From IMG/VR virus record IMGVR_UViG_3300002133_000084: a stretch of 64,000 nt of DNA, one strand, 5' to 3'. The translations under genes and the position numbers were made by a program. This document shows, in pieces, positions 17,617-28,174 of the stretch. Source of the stretch: an uncultured virus (IMG/VR IMGVR_UViG_3300002133_000084) (Duplodnaviria; Heunggongvirae; Uroviricota; Caudoviricetes). Within the stretch, counting starts at the first letter, position 1, and each line of letters begins with the position of its first letter. The notes under the pieces were generated by a model, which was not told the DNA's origin, did not search any database, and saw only the letters and a list, made by a program, of their open reading frames with translations.

Positions 17617-18378
17617 ATGAAAATAACCGAAGTGGATGTATCGGCTATCTCTCCAGGCGATTTAAAAATATCCTGGACTATTGCGCAGGCGGCAGCGCCT
17701 CGCAGTAGGTATGAGTATTCCATACTGTTCTCTGAGTCATCTGAAGGCCCATTTGAAATGGTGGGTGGCCCATTAGTCGATTTATATGAATGGATCGATA
17801 GGGGCCGTCCGCGCCACCGGTGGGCCCAGGGATATTATCAGGTTCGTGCCCACGATAATCTGAGTGGGGATGAGATTGTATCTGACTCAGCTCGCCTTGA
17901 GCATAAGCCAGACTTAGAGGCCCTGCAGATATCGCGCACCTTCGCGCGTAATTTAGCGGCCGGCATGGGGACACCAGTTCACTTCCTGATTAAGCGCACC
18001 TCGGGCGTAGCGTGCACGGCATGCGTAGATGACTTGCTGGGTAGATCCAAATCTTCGGATTGCAATACTTGCTTTCGTACTGGATTCGAGGGTGGATTCT
18101 TAAGTCCCATAGCCGGGCATTGCGATTTAAATCCATCACAGAAAATATTGCGCATGACGGCCATACAGGCCTTGGCCAGCAATCAAACAACGGCCTGGAC
18201 TTCCGGGTATCCACTGCTGAAGCCTGGAGATTTAGTCGTCGAGCAGAAAATAGACAAGCGCTGGCGAGTAGAGCAAGTTCCACAGCCCTTCGCCAAGGGT
18301 GGGTTCATATTTCGACAAAATCTCATTCTACAGGAAATAAATCCGCGCGATATAGAATACAAGATTGAGGTTTCGTAA
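17617..18378 (+). CDS. putative neck/head-closure protein with Cys cluster
   Basis: Fn3-like N-terminus; CTAC...CNTCFRTGFEGGF; LKPGDLVVE...RWRV. Confidence 0.5.
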   Translation: MKITEVDVSAISPGDLKISWTIAQAAAPRSRYEYSILFSESSEGPFEMVGGPLVDLYEWIDRGRPRHRWAQGYYQVRAHDNLSGDEIVSDSARLEHKPDLEALQISRTFARNLAAGMGTPVHFLIKRTSGVACTACVDDLLGRSKSSDCNTCFRTGFEGGFLSPIAGHCDLNPSQKILRMTAIQALASNQTTAWTSGYPLLKPGDLVVEQKIDKRWRVEQVPQPFAKGGFIFRQNLILQEINPRDIEYKIEVS

Positions 18379-18585
18379 ATGGTACCCGTTCCCATATATA
18401 GTCGCGATGGCCACCGATTACTCGACTCGAGAAATGGTGGTAAGGTTAGACATATGCTGAAAAGTGGCCGCGCGCGCGTAGCCAGATCAAAGCCATTCGC
18501 TATTCAATTGTTGTATGATCCAGAAGGGGTGCAGTGCGATTTGCCGGAAGGGGAATTCTCGCAGCCCGAATTTGACGAAGTTTAA
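18379..18585 (+). CDS. stand-alone RRXRR/PLMP-like domain protein
   Basis: resembles the IscB N-terminus: V-x-I-x-x-x-DG-x-x-L...GKVRHMLKSGRARV...PFAIQLLY; no nuclease domains. Confidence 0.7.
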   Translation: MVPVPIYSRDGHRLLDSRNGGKVRHMLKSGRARVARSKPFAIQLLYDPEGVQCDLPEGEFSQPEFDEV

Positions 18586-18586
18586 A

Positions 18587-18605
18587 ATACCCTTATTAAG
18601 GAGAT
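18587..18605. promoter_or_regulatory. palindrome copy 5 (degenerate right arm overlapping the RBS)
   Basis: ATACCC TTATTAA GGAGAT. Confidence 0.45.
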
Positions 18606-18611
18606 AGTAAA

Positions 18612-19232
18612 ATGAACGCCGATAAACCATTGGCAGGACTTCCGGACATGGAAGAGGCACTAAAGAGGGAGATGCTGGGCGAAGAAGATCGTCCCACTGC
18701 TCCGCCCCCTTCTGATAGGCTGTCACTTCACAGCGTCGACATTGGCGATGTGGGCAAGACTTTGCGCGAGCTGGTTGTGGAAGTAGAAACCGGTGCGGCG
18801 CCCCCATTGACTGAAGAAGACATTAAGATGCTCGATGATTATCTCATAAAGGGATACGCGGAGCATGAATTCAATTTATCCCCCACCTTTATTGTTAAAT
18901 TTCGCACTCCAATAGGCGAGTCGGAAATAACAGCCGATCGCATGCTCGCTGGCGCTGGGCGCAATACAACACATATGGGGCTACTTCGCTTGATGAATAT
19001 TCTTTCTCTAGCTCGCTACATTTACACCTATGGAGGCAAGCACTTATTTACCTTGCCAGAGGATGTAAATCCAGATCAATCATTTAGATCGCGCGAGGAT
19101 ATAATCGATGAGTCTATGGGCTCCCTTCGTAGGTTAGATGCCCACATCGTCGATCGCATGATTGACGAACTGCAGAAGTTTCAATCGAGATTGCGCCGCC
19201 TTCTATCCCATGAGGGCCTGCTAAATTTCTAG
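18612..19232 (+). CDS. tail assembly chaperone (gpG-like)
   Basis: upstream of tape measure; ends in slippery A-AAT-TTC-TAG. Confidence 0.7.
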   Translation: MNADKPLAGLPDMEEALKREMLGEEDRPTAPPPSDRLSLHSVDIGDVGKTLRELVVEVETGAAPPLTEEDIKMLDDYLIKGYAEHEFNLSPTFIVKFRTPIGESEITADRMLAGAGRNTTHMGLLRLMNILSLARYIYTYGGKHLFTLPEDVNPDQSFRSREDIIDESMGSLRRLDAHIVDRMIDELQKFQSRLRRLLSHEGLLNF

Positions 19233-19567
19233 AAACTCCGGTTGGGTGGGCTCGCGCATGTCTTATGGTAGACGGCGTCTATGCCGGAGTTGAAATAGAG
19301 CCCAACACCATGCGCGACGCCCTAGCTCAACTTGTATTCTATCAGAGAATAAAGATACAGCGCAAGGAAGTATTGCTCATGGCTAGCGTTATCCGCGGTG
19401 CCGAGGGGGAAAAGATTAAAGATCTGTATGAGGATTATAAATCTGCTCTCATGCCGCCCCTGAATGGACGCAAGCGCAGTCAGGAACAACAGGCTTCAAC
19501 GTACATGGATAATTTTGAGAATTTTGCATCATCCATACCTAAAAAATTACGACGGCTGGATAAATGA
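19223..19567 (+). CDS. tail assembly chaperone -1 frameshift extension (gpT-like)
   Basis: -1 frame is open from heptamer 19223-19229 (FLETPVGWARACL) into ORF 19265..19567. Confidence 0.7.
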   Translation, partial: KFLETPVGWARACLMVDGVYAGVEIEPNTMRDALAQLVFYQRIKIQRKEVLLMASVIRGAEGEKIKDLYEDYKSALMPPLNGRKRSQEQQASTYMDNFENFASSIPKKLRRLDK

Positions 19568-22500
19568 CTGAGGCCTCTGTTACAAGCGATCCATATCAAG
19601 ATCCCATATCTGCAACGCCCCTGGATGAAGTGTCACTCCAGGAGGCGGCGCAGATGGGATATATGCGCGCAAAGCATGAGATTTCGCAAGCCAGTAATAG
19701 GGCTCAGATGGGAACTCTGCTGGGCGTGTCTAGATTTGTGCAAGATGTTCAGCGCATAGATCCATCTGTAATAAATACACCCCCCGCATCTCCCGAGTAT
19801 CACGGACAGCAGTTATCGTTTGGACAGTCTCTTTCTGGGGCATTTGCGAGAGGCATTTCTCCTCGCAACATGAAAGCTTCAGATTATGAGGCTATCGCCA
19901 GACGAGACTTGTCCGAGAGGATGGCACAAACCACCCTCGCCATAGGAACCGAGGTTGCCGCTCCGTCGATGATTGGGGCCGGAGTCACTAAGTTGGCTAC
20001 AAGACTTATTGGGGCCAGTGGGCCAGTGGGGATAGGCCTCGGCATTGCAGCTGGATTTGGGGTTGACGCCCTATTAAACAATGATATAGTTCGCCACCAT
20101 CTGCAGAGGGGATCTTTCCTTGAGCAGGCATCGGGGCGCTTTATACGTCCTGGTGTGTCCAATTCTAAAATGGGCAGGGGATTTGATCGATCTGAGATAG
20201 GAGATATATCTCGCCATATCTCTGGATTGTCAGCAGAAGATCCTACATTCTCCAAAGATGAGTATGATGATCTGTTAAAAGATTTTACCTTTGCCGGAAA
20301 CTTCAATGGCGTGCGCGACGTAGAGGAATTCAAGCGCAAGTTCACTGAATCGAAGGACAATCTAAAAGCCATCATGGAAACGTTTCACACCTCCATTAAA
20401 GAGGGCGTGAAGGTGATGGAGCAGATGAATGCCCTGGGCGTAGATCAGTCCAACGTAAAGGGGCACGTCGAACGCATGTCTCATGTGGCCCAGATGTCTG
20501 GATTATCTCCGTCGTCAGCTATGCAAGCCTCCATTCAGATGTCCTCCAATGTATTCGGAGGAACTGGCATAGATTTATCCTATGGGCAATCCATGGCCTC
20601 TAATTCCCTAGAGACTGTAGGGCGCATGCAGACGTTTAACCAGGTAGATCCAGAGACTATACGCCAGCTTGGCGGAACTGTTGGCGCTGCTAATGCTATG
20701 ACGCAAATGCAGGGCAGGCTTCTTGGATCAGCTCCAGTGCGTCGAGTGATGCAGGCCGCCTTCAATGGAACCGATCAGCTAGATATGGGCGTTATCATGG
20801 GAGCTATTCGCGGAGACACCAATGCGATACAACAAGCCAACATGGCCCGGAATAACCTACTTTCTCAGGGTAGCAACATACTTGAGTATGAAGGGAGAGA
20901 AGACGAACTAATAGAATCCATGCCGGCCCCAGTGGCACAGGCACTATCCGCCGTTCCTCTGATGAATTTGGTGAATAGGGTAAAAGAGCTTGATCCCAAT
21001 TTCAAGGGAACCTCCGCGGAGATGGAGGGGCTGGCAATGCGCCATATGGGCATGGGCCGAAATGAGGCCTCTCTGCTTGTATCCTCTATTAGAAATATAG
21101 ACACTGGCGCCGTAGTAAATCAGCAAAGATCCCAACTCAATCAGATGCGCATAGATAGCGGGCACCATGAGTTTGATCAACTGATACCCACGCGAGCCTT
21201 GCAATCTGTTGGGGATATGCTAACAGACAGAATGGGCGGCGTTATTACCAGTGCTGGCGATTCATTGACTGAATTCTATGATGACACCCTGGAATCTGCT
21301 AATGGCATATTCCGAACTACGGTTGGAAATTCTACAAGCCTCGATGATCTTGTGATGATACAGAACAGGCAGAATCGAGCGATGGAATTGCGTGATCCCG
21401 ATAAATTGAAGGGGATAGCAAACGAAGATGGTATATCAGTAGAAGAGGCCATAGAAAATAATAAGTCACTAGCTGGAAGATCTAAAAAGTCGTATACCTT
21501 CGTTGGGGAAGGGGACGATAGAAAGGCTTTGCGCTCAGTTGATTTGGTGGATAAGCTCCTAGATAGAGAATCATTACAGCAATTCTACTCTGAGGGTGCC
21601 AATGAAAAAGTTGAGCAGACGGACGTTCAAAAGGCTGCCGTTGATAAATTGCGCGAGGAGCTCAATGGAGATACAAATAGGTGGGATCTATTATATCTAG
21701 CAGAGGGTGTCGCGCGCGATACGGGAGTCGCTAGTAATGGAGTTGGAACTAAAGAGGAAAAAGCGGCCGTACTGGATATGATGGTGCGTGCCACTGGCCG
21801 TAGCATGGAATCCATATTGACACCAGAGCAATCCGTGCTAACGCCAGAGCTGAAGGAGAAGTATCAAGCCTTGCGCGCAGCCAAGCGCGCCGGAGATGAA
21901 GAGGGTGCCAAGAGTATACGTCGACAAATTGATGGGATGGAAAACCAGTCAATAGGCCCCAATACATTAATCGATTTAAGGGATGACACTATCCCCGACA
22001 TTTTACATAATACGGACACCGATAGGCTTATAAGCTCCATAGAGAGCGGGGAGATGGCCGTTGAAATTATAGATGGGCGCACCAAAGAAGAATTAGAGAA
22101 AATGGGCGGCTATTCTATTTTAGACGGGAACATAGACGGCACTGTGCGCGCCGTCAAAACAGATCAACTGCAAAAGTCAATGGAGGGGCTCAATGAAAAT
22201 CGCAAGATGGCATGGGGCCTGTCTGATGATAAAACGACGGATGAGGAGCGCCTATTAGAGTCTCAAGATGATGCCTCTACTGCATTAAATAAGACTATTA
22301 AAAATGTATTAGACACAAAGGATGGATCTTCCGCAATAGAGAAGTATGCAGAAGCCCTAAATGCCGGAGGGGACATTGATCAGAAAGAATTGGATGCCCT
22401 GCGCAAAGAGGCTATCGATGCCGCTGGTGGAGGTGCAGACGCCACGCAAGTAGTGGATCTATTTACTGATGAGGATACGCGCGCGCAGGCAATGTCCACC

Positions 22501-23760
22501 CTGGAGCTAGCTCAGGATCATAGGGCTGGAAAAGATGTATTCAGGAGTAATGTTGACAGCTCGCAGGCCAGACTAAATGATACTCTCCGCGGCAAGGTGG
22601 ACGAGAAGTCAAAGGCCGATGACAGAGCGGAAGACATGATGTTTGCTAGAATGGCAATGGATAGGGATACGCGCAGTATGTTTTCCAAGGATGAAGGAAT
22701 AATGGAAAACACTCGACGTATCCTTAATAAGGGCGACAATTCCCGCCTGTGGGCTGATAGGGATTTGAATGAGCAGGATCTCATGCTTGCTGTCTTGGAT
22801 AAAAATAGAGAGCAGTTTGGCATTGGCAAGGATGATGAATTGTCCACGGCAATGTTGCAGGATGGCACCTTTTCAGCTGATCAGAAGATGCAAATGTTGC
22901 GCGTCGCCAAAGAATTTGTGGGCGATGAGCGGTATGATAAAATAGTCAAGGATGACGCCCTCATATCAATGCAACAGGGGTATGTAAATGAAGTAAAAAG
23001 TAGAGAAGAAGAGGTAGGGAAGCAGCGAGCCAACGTAGTAAAGTCACTAGATTCCATCTTAGAGGATAATGCTATTGGCGGATACGCCATGGGGCAGCTT
23101 GCCGGTGACTCGAAGGCCATTTCTGACGCCCTGCCTGATATTCGGGCCGCTATAGCCAGTGGAAAAAGTCCAGTCCAAGCCATAGAAAAGCACAGAGGGG
23201 AGCTTAAAGCAGATTCATATGAATTGCTCATGGGTATGTCGTTTGACGGGACACTGGAAAGCGCCCTTCAGGATGAAAAGATTGTTGGTGGGCTCGTAGA
23301 GTCAGAGCACAATCTTCGCACCTCAGGGGAAAATCTAGCAGCCGCCACTAAGTATCTCGAAGGAAGCCTGCTTGAATCGCTGGACGATGGGCTGACAAAG
23401 AAAGAGATTAAAAGCGCCAAGGATCAGTTTGGACAATCCTTTGATGAGAGTTATTTCGATCTATTCTCTGAAGATGCTGATATAGACGAATTGCTCAAGG
23501 CTTCTGGATTTGACGGCAAAGACTTTGAAGACAAAATGTCCGATAAGGATAAGCGTAGCGTACTCCAGAAGAAGTTAGCTAGTGACACAAGGAGCAAGCT
23601 GGGTGACTTAGGGGAAGAGGGTGGAGAGGTGGCCACGTCGGCCGGCGCCTCATCTGTCGAGAATCAGCGCGCCCTGCTTTCAGTGACGCGCACCAATGAG
23701 CAAATAGCCTATACCCTAGCTGCAATGGAGGATCGAATTAAGGCGATGGCAAATAGATAG
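19564..23760 (+). CDS. tape measure protein
   Basis: 1398 aa helical protein with a hydrophobic Gly-rich segment; follows the chaperone pair. Confidence 0.8.
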   Translation: MTEASVTSDPYQDPISATPLDEVSLQEAAQMGYMRAKHEISQASNRAQMGTLLGVSRFVQDVQRIDPSVINTPPASPEYHGQQLSFGQSLSGAFARGISPRNMKASDYEAIARRDLSERMAQTTLAIGTEVAAPSMIGAGVTKLATRLIGASGPVGIGLGIAAGFGVDALLNNDIVRHHLQRGSFLEQASGRFIRPGVSNSKMGRGFDRSEIGDISRHISGLSAEDPTFSKDEYDDLLKDFTFAGNFNGVRDVEEFKRKFTESKDNLKAIMETFHTSIKEGVKVMEQMNALGVDQSNVKGHVERMSHVAQMSGLSPSSAMQASIQMSSNVFGGTGIDLSYGQSMASNSLETVGRMQTFNQVDPETIRQLGGTVGAANAMTQMQGRLLGSAPVRRVMQAAFNGTDQLDMGVIMGAIRGDTNAIQQANMARNNLLSQGSNILEYEGREDELIESMPAPVAQALSAVPLMNLVNRVKELDPNFKGTSAEMEGLAMRHMGMGRNEASLLVSSIRNIDTGAVVNQQRSQLNQMRIDSGHHEFDQLIPTRALQSVGDMLTDRMGGVITSAGDSLTEFYDDTLESANGIFRTTVGNSTSLDDLVMIQNRQNRAMELRDPDKLKGIANEDGISVEEAIENNKSLAGRSKKSYTFVGEGDDRKALRSVDLVDKLLDRESLQQFYSEGANEKVEQTDVQKAAVDKLREELNGDTNRWDLLYLAEGVARDTGVASNGVGTKEEKAAVLDMMVRATGRSMESILTPEQSVLTPELKEKYQALRAAKRAGDEEGAKSIRRQIDGMENQSIGPNTLIDLRDDTIPDILHNTDTDRLISSIESGEMAVEIIDGRTKEELEKMGGYSILDGNIDGTVRAVKTDQLQKSMEGLNENRKMAWGLSDDKTTDEERLLESQDDASTALNKTIKNVLDTKDGSSAIEKYAEALNAGGDIDQKELDALRKEAIDAAGGGADATQVVDLFTDEDTRAQAMSTLELAQDHRAGKDVFRSNVDSSQARLNDTLRGKVDEKSKADDRAEDMMFARMAMDRDTRSMFSKDEGIMENTRRILNKGDNSRLWADRDLNEQDLMLAVLDKNREQFGIGKDDELSTAMLQDGTFSADQKMQMLRVAKEFVGDERYDKIVKDDALISMQQGYVNEVKSREEEVGKQRANVVKSLDSILEDNAIGGYAMGQLAGDSKAISDALPDIRAAIASGKSPVQAIEKHRGELKADSYELLMGMSFDGTLESALQDEKIVGGLVESEHNLRTSGENLAAATKYLEGSLLESLDDGLTKKEIKSAKDQFGQSFDESYFDLFSEDADIDELLKASGFDGKDFEDKMSDKDKRSVLQKKLASDTRSKLGDLGEEGGEVATSAGASSVENQRALLSVTRTNEQIAYTLAAMEDRIKAMANR

Positions 23761-23770
23761 CCTTAATTTT

Positions 23771-25408
23771 TTAGCTCCCAAATCGAGTGTATAGTTCATC
23801 CAGGTGATCATCATTCGGCACTATTTGCTTAAATACCCTGAGGATATCTTTAAGGGTGAAGGGCTTTACTAGATAGGCGGCCGCCCCGCATGATTGCGAT
23901 AGTGAGTCTATGTCGCGCGATCGAATACCGGTAGCCAGTACGATGCGTGATTGGGGCGATAGCGTTGAAATTACGCGCGCGGCCTCATCGCCCGGAATGC
24001 CTCCCGGCATCTGCACATCCATTAGTATTATGGAGAAGGCGTCGGGCCCTTCGTCGCGCACTATCTCTATGGCCTCTTCCCCAGATCCAGCCGTGTAGAT
24101 ATTGGGCTCCTCGTACCCCATGGCCAACATGAGATTATGATAGTCCTTGCGGGCCACACCCTCATCGTCCACTAAGAGTATCTTCCCAAAATTGAAATAC
24201 TCTGATTGCATCTGCCCGCTGTCCGCCGGAGCCGCCGGGAGGTATGCCGCCAATCCCAATCCACATGATCTGTTTGGCTCGCACACAATAGATCCTCCGC
24301 ACATCTGCACTAGACGCTGAGCGTATAGAAGCCCCAGATCATCACTTATGCCGCATGTTTCGTTTATCCTATGGGACATGGGGCCGGAATCAATAACTGA
24401 TATTCTGACGAATGCGCCGTCCGGAAGGGAGATATTATCCTTTATCAAAATGTTCTCTGCATTGATATATATTGTTCCAATGCTGGGTATATTTTTTATT
24501 CCAGCGTTTAGCATTCTCTGCACGGCACCTATGACATTAGTCTCCACTCCGCGTATCGGCCATATGTCTTTTTCTATGTTTTTTATTATCGATATATCAC
24601 TGCGTGGAGAGGTAATAATACTGGAGGACAATATATCACCGGCGACAATTAAATCAGATGATGTTTTAACTTCTGATATTGTTCCAAGTACCACTTCCAG
24701 CTGTTTTTTTGATCTTGACACGTAATCAGCCATAGAATCGAATGCTTTATTGCGTTGATCTATGGGAGCTAGGGACATTGTATTGCGAGCCAAGTTAATC
24801 TCGCTAAGTATGTTGTGTAGCATATCTGACATTGTCACATCGATAGAGCTAGTGAACTCCTCCACTGTGGCAAAGCGCTGCAAGCGAGATATGTGATTTA
24901 GGATATGATCTCTTTCGACGAACGATCCAATGGCAAGGGATATAATGTTTAGGGCCTGGCGAGAGTGTGGCTCCCATCTGCATTGTGGATCTTTTTCATG
25001 GAGAATAGATATAACTCCCCATATAGGGATGGAGGGTGTTGATACTCGTATAAATTGTGCGTATTCGAATCCACATCCAATAGATATAGAGTCGACAGCA
25101 GATGCCGCATTCATATCAGATAGGATGCCAAAACATTCCCTGCGCGCGGCCACCTCAAAATCCTTGGCGCCGATAGATGAAATAATCTGAGTAAGCCCAT
25201 CGCTCGCCCACGCTAAATATCCGCGCAACATGGACGGCCTTCCAGCCATGGGCACCATCTTGGATAGCACAACCTGAGATGCGCCGTAGTGACTGCCAAT
25301 AATCTCTAAAACTTTTAATATGGATTGAGTCGGATTAACCTGTTGATATAGTGCAGATGTGGCTACGGCAGCCAAGCTTAAGCTGGAGCCTTTATCGGGG
25401 TTTTTCAT
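23771..25408 (-). CDS. degenerate hybrid histidine kinase / response regulator
   Basis: GAF-like region, eroded HisKA/HATPase (VRISVIDSG...LGL...GGSI), intact receiver (ILLVDDE, LMDVQMPG, ATG, LVKPF). Confidence 0.8.
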   Translation of the reverse strand: MKNPDKGSSLSLAAVATSALYQQVNPTQSILKVLEIIGSHYGASQVVLSKMVPMAGRPSMLRGYLAWASDGLTQIISSIGAKDFEVAARRECFGILSDMNAASAVDSISIGCGFEYAQFIRVSTPSIPIWGVISILHEKDPQCRWEPHSRQALNIISLAIGSFVERDHILNHISRLQRFATVEEFTSSIDVTMSDMLHNILSEINLARNTMSLAPIDQRNKAFDSMADYVSRSKKQLEVVLGTISEVKTSSDLIVAGDILSSSIITSPRSDISIIKNIEKDIWPIRGVETNVIGAVQRMLNAGIKNIPSIGTIYINAENILIKDNISLPDGAFVRISVIDSGPMSHRINETCGISDDLGLLYAQRLVQMCGGSIVCEPNRSCGLGLAAYLPAAPADSGQMQSEYFNFGKILLVDDEGVARKDYHNLMLAMGYEEPNIYTAGSGEEAIEIVRDEGPDAFSIILMDVQMPGGIPGDEAARVISTLSPQSRIVLATGIRSRDIDSLSQSCGAAAYLVKPFTLKDILRVFKQIVPNDDHLDELYTRFGS

Positions 25409-25526
25409 CTATGCTACTCCTATTAGTGGGTATATATAATATACCAAAAGAGACATTGATATCAATATTTGTTCACACTGGTTTACGCCCACAATACTGA
25501 ACACAATGGCACGTACCATGCTCACG

Positions 25527-25561
25527 TTTTCTTGAAAACACACTATCGAATACGCTATGTT
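25527..25561 (+). promoter_or_regulatory. putative promoter of baseplate genes
   Basis: TTGAAA-N18-TATGTT; TTTTCTTGAAAACACACT is identical at 40628-40645. Confidence 0.5.
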
Positions 25562-25593
25562 TTCAGGGATATAAACATCGAGAGGACTCAGGC

Positions 25594-26172
25594 GTGACGA
25601 CACCCACTAAAAGAAAAGACTCTGCCGCTGGCACCGGGAAGCCAGAGGCCACCCTAGATAGAGCTAGCACAGCTGCGATAATAGATCCAGGGAAGATCTT
25701 TACTAAGCCCACGCCAACTGTCAGGTATGACGAAAAGGCCTATATCTGTATAGTTAGCGGAACTGAAGGGAAGACGATATACCAAAAATTTATCCTAACA
25801 GAGTGGGCGCGCGGATCGTCAGAGCAAATGCAGACTGTTCTCCATACGGAGGGTTGGAATTTAATTTTCCAAAGGGGTAAGCCAACTACATGGCTATTTG
25901 GCGGGATACTATACAATGGGCCAAATGATCCACTCGGTTATTTCAATTGGACTAATGAATTTATTGAGCTGTATGAAAGTAGTTTGCGTGGATCGATGGC
26001 TGCAGCAAAAAGCTATGAGTGCTATGTCTCCTTCGGGGGCAGGCAGGTAAGTGGGTATTTATTCAACATGAACATGTCATCAACTAGTCAACTGGATACA
26101 GTAACTAACTTTTCCTTTAATATGATATCCACGCAAGAAAAACCAACAACGGTGGCCAGTGGCAGCGCGTAA
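25594..26172 (+). CDS. putative tube-initiator/baseplate protein
   Basis: 192 aa beta-rich, between tape measure and hub. Confidence 0.5.
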   Translation: MTTPTKRKDSAAGTGKPEATLDRASTAAIIDPGKIFTKPTPTVRYDEKAYICIVSGTEGKTIYQKFILTEWARGSSEQMQTVLHTEGWNLIFQRGKPTTWLFGGILYNGPNDPLGYFNWTNEFIELYESSLRGSMAAAKSYECYVSFGGRQVSGYLFNMNMSSTSQLDTVTNFSFNMISTQEKPTTVASGSA

Positions 26173-28174
26173 GCATGAGTTCAAGCTATTTTTGGAGGGC
26201 GTTAAGACTCCCTGTGTATCTGCCCAGATATCCATAATGCAGGATATGCCGGCCACGGCCACACTTCAGATACCGGCAACCCCGCTATCCTTTAGGATTA
26301 TGCCGCGCACAGTTGTACATCTTTTCTGGAGGGACACAACGGGAGATGGAGGCTGGAGACTTCTTTTTGAGGGGGAGGTAGTAAAGAGAGGGTTTAGTTA
26401 CCGATCCTCTATGCGCACAACCACCATCATGTGCCAGGATATGACGATATATTGGCAGGGGGCCTATAGATATTTTTTCGATATAAGAAGCTCCGTCCCT
26501 GACTCCCATACGGTTATGCGCAAGTTTTACGCCCTAAATGTTAATTCAGACAAGGGAGCGCAGATACTCGATAACACTGTCGAGGTGGGCAACATATTAA
26601 TTGACGCCATCAATGAGGCTATTGATCCAATTGACAATAAGCAGGGATCACTGTTGGGTGGGATGAGATTCTTATTCCAAACAATGGAGGAAATAAATAC
26701 ATATTTCTATTCTGGCTCAAATCGTATGAAGCTGCGAAACAAGATAAAGGGCGTGCACAATAAGGTGGCCAATGAAATTTTACGCCAAATGACGAAGGGG
26801 GTGAAGCGAGACTTAGATCTTCTTCGCTCTGATGCTGCCACTTTGTGGGGTATGATCATGGCCCTCTTGGGGAAAACATATTACAGCTTTGTACCTTGCC
26901 CGTCTCCCGTGTATTTCAATTCCAAGGATGGAAGTGGCACCCCTAATGTAGACTGGAAGAATCTAAAGGATGGAATTGGCGGATTGGGATCCTCCCTGTT
27001 CATACCAGAGATCTTCTCTTCGCAGCCCCCGCGGTGCAATGTGTTCCTTCCTGCCGTGGTGGAATATTTCAATTTCACTGAGGATTTTAAGGCGATACCG
27101 ACGCGCACGATTGTTCGACAGCAGACGGAGGGCCTACCGACGGTTCACTATGCCCCGGTTGGACTAGAAAACAACATACGAAGCGATAGCGTAAAAGAGT
27201 TTATGCTGGACGAGGAGTTGCTTTTGGGCGTAAACCTCAACTCTTGGGAGCTATCATCCGCAGAATTAGCCGCACGCAAGGGCGCCTCCGATCCTCCGGC
27301 AAGTGGCGAGGAGAAGGAGGAAGTCGTGGGTACGCGAAGAGAGCAAGACTTTATCGTCAATCGAGTGATAAATTTTGCTCACCATCGCGCTCGCGCTGAG
27401 GCCAGATCTGGTAATGGCGGCGGCGAGTTTAATCCATTCCTTTGCGTAGGACTTCCATCAGCTGTAGTCGATCGATTGGGAGGGGTGATCGTTGGCGATC
27501 TAACTCAGGCCACTCACATTCTGGACTTTGCCAATGGAACCGCTGCAACCAACTTCACCATGGAGCGCGGGCGCTGGCTGCACTTTCCACATCCATCCGA
27601 TTCGACGCCAGACTATTTAAAGTGGGACAGTGAGGATGAGGGATTATTCGACACAAACTACCCCACTTGGTATGATCCATCCACTTTCTCTGATGAGTTT
27701 ATTGGCAAGAAGGTGTATTCGGAGATTTTCGGATATGGAGAAAGCCAGAATTATGGCGGCATACGAGAAGTAGATGAAGAAGGAAATCTAGAGTCCTTGG
27801 AGTCTGCATTAAAGAGAGTGTTGGGAGAGCACATTTCCAGTGGCGAAAGCGGTATAGATCACGCACTTAAATTTATGCATAGGGAAATTGCCACGGAATT
27901 TGAGACATTTCTCGCCCTTGGATCAGAGCCTAGCTCAGAGGCATTGCTCGAGGAGTTAAAGGAAGCTGAATTAAACAAAGCGTCTGTATGGGCACAGAAA
28001 AGAATAGATGTCACGTCAGAGCAGTGGCAAAACCCAGACGGGGCCGATCAGCCCATTAAGTGGAATGCGCGCGAGGAGGGCGAGGTATTAGGCCCGTTCT
28101 TACAGGAGCGCCAGCTGTGGGCCAAAAGTTATAATGCGGAGGTAAGTATTACAGCACATGCATTCTCGCCATAG
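26159..28174 (+). CDS. baseplate hub-like protein
   Basis: KLFLEGV...ATLQIP...LLFEGEV...CQD N-terminus; C-terminal FNPF-x-x-VG-x-P and THILD. Confidence 0.6.
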   Translation: MAARKHEFKLFLEGVKTPCVSAQISIMQDMPATATLQIPATPLSFRIMPRTVVHLFWRDTTGDGGWRLLFEGEVVKRGFSYRSSMRTTTIMCQDMTIYWQGAYRYFFDIRSSVPDSHTVMRKFYALNVNSDKGAQILDNTVEVGNILIDAINEAIDPIDNKQGSLLGGMRFLFQTMEEINTYFYSGSNRMKLRNKIKGVHNKVANEILRQMTKGVKRDLDLLRSDAATLWGMIMALLGKTYYSFVPCPSPVYFNSKDGSGTPNVDWKNLKDGIGGLGSSLFIPEIFSSQPPRCNVFLPAVVEYFNFTEDFKAIPTRTIVRQQTEGLPTVHYAPVGLENNIRSDSVKEFMLDEELLLGVNLNSWELSSAELAARKGASDPPASGEEKEEVVGTRREQDFIVNRVINFAHHRARAEARSGNGGGEFNPFLCVGLPSAVVDRLGGVIVGDLTQATHILDFANGTAATNFTMERGRWLHFPHPSDSTPDYLKWDSEDEGLFDTNYPTWYDPSTFSDEFIGKKVYSEIFGYGESQNYGGIREVDEEGNLESLESALKRVLGEHISSGESGIDHALKFMHREIATEFETFLALGSEPSSEALLEELKEAELNKASVWAQKRIDVTSEQWQNPDGADQPIKWNAREEGEVLGPFLQERQLWAKSYNAEVSITAHAFSP

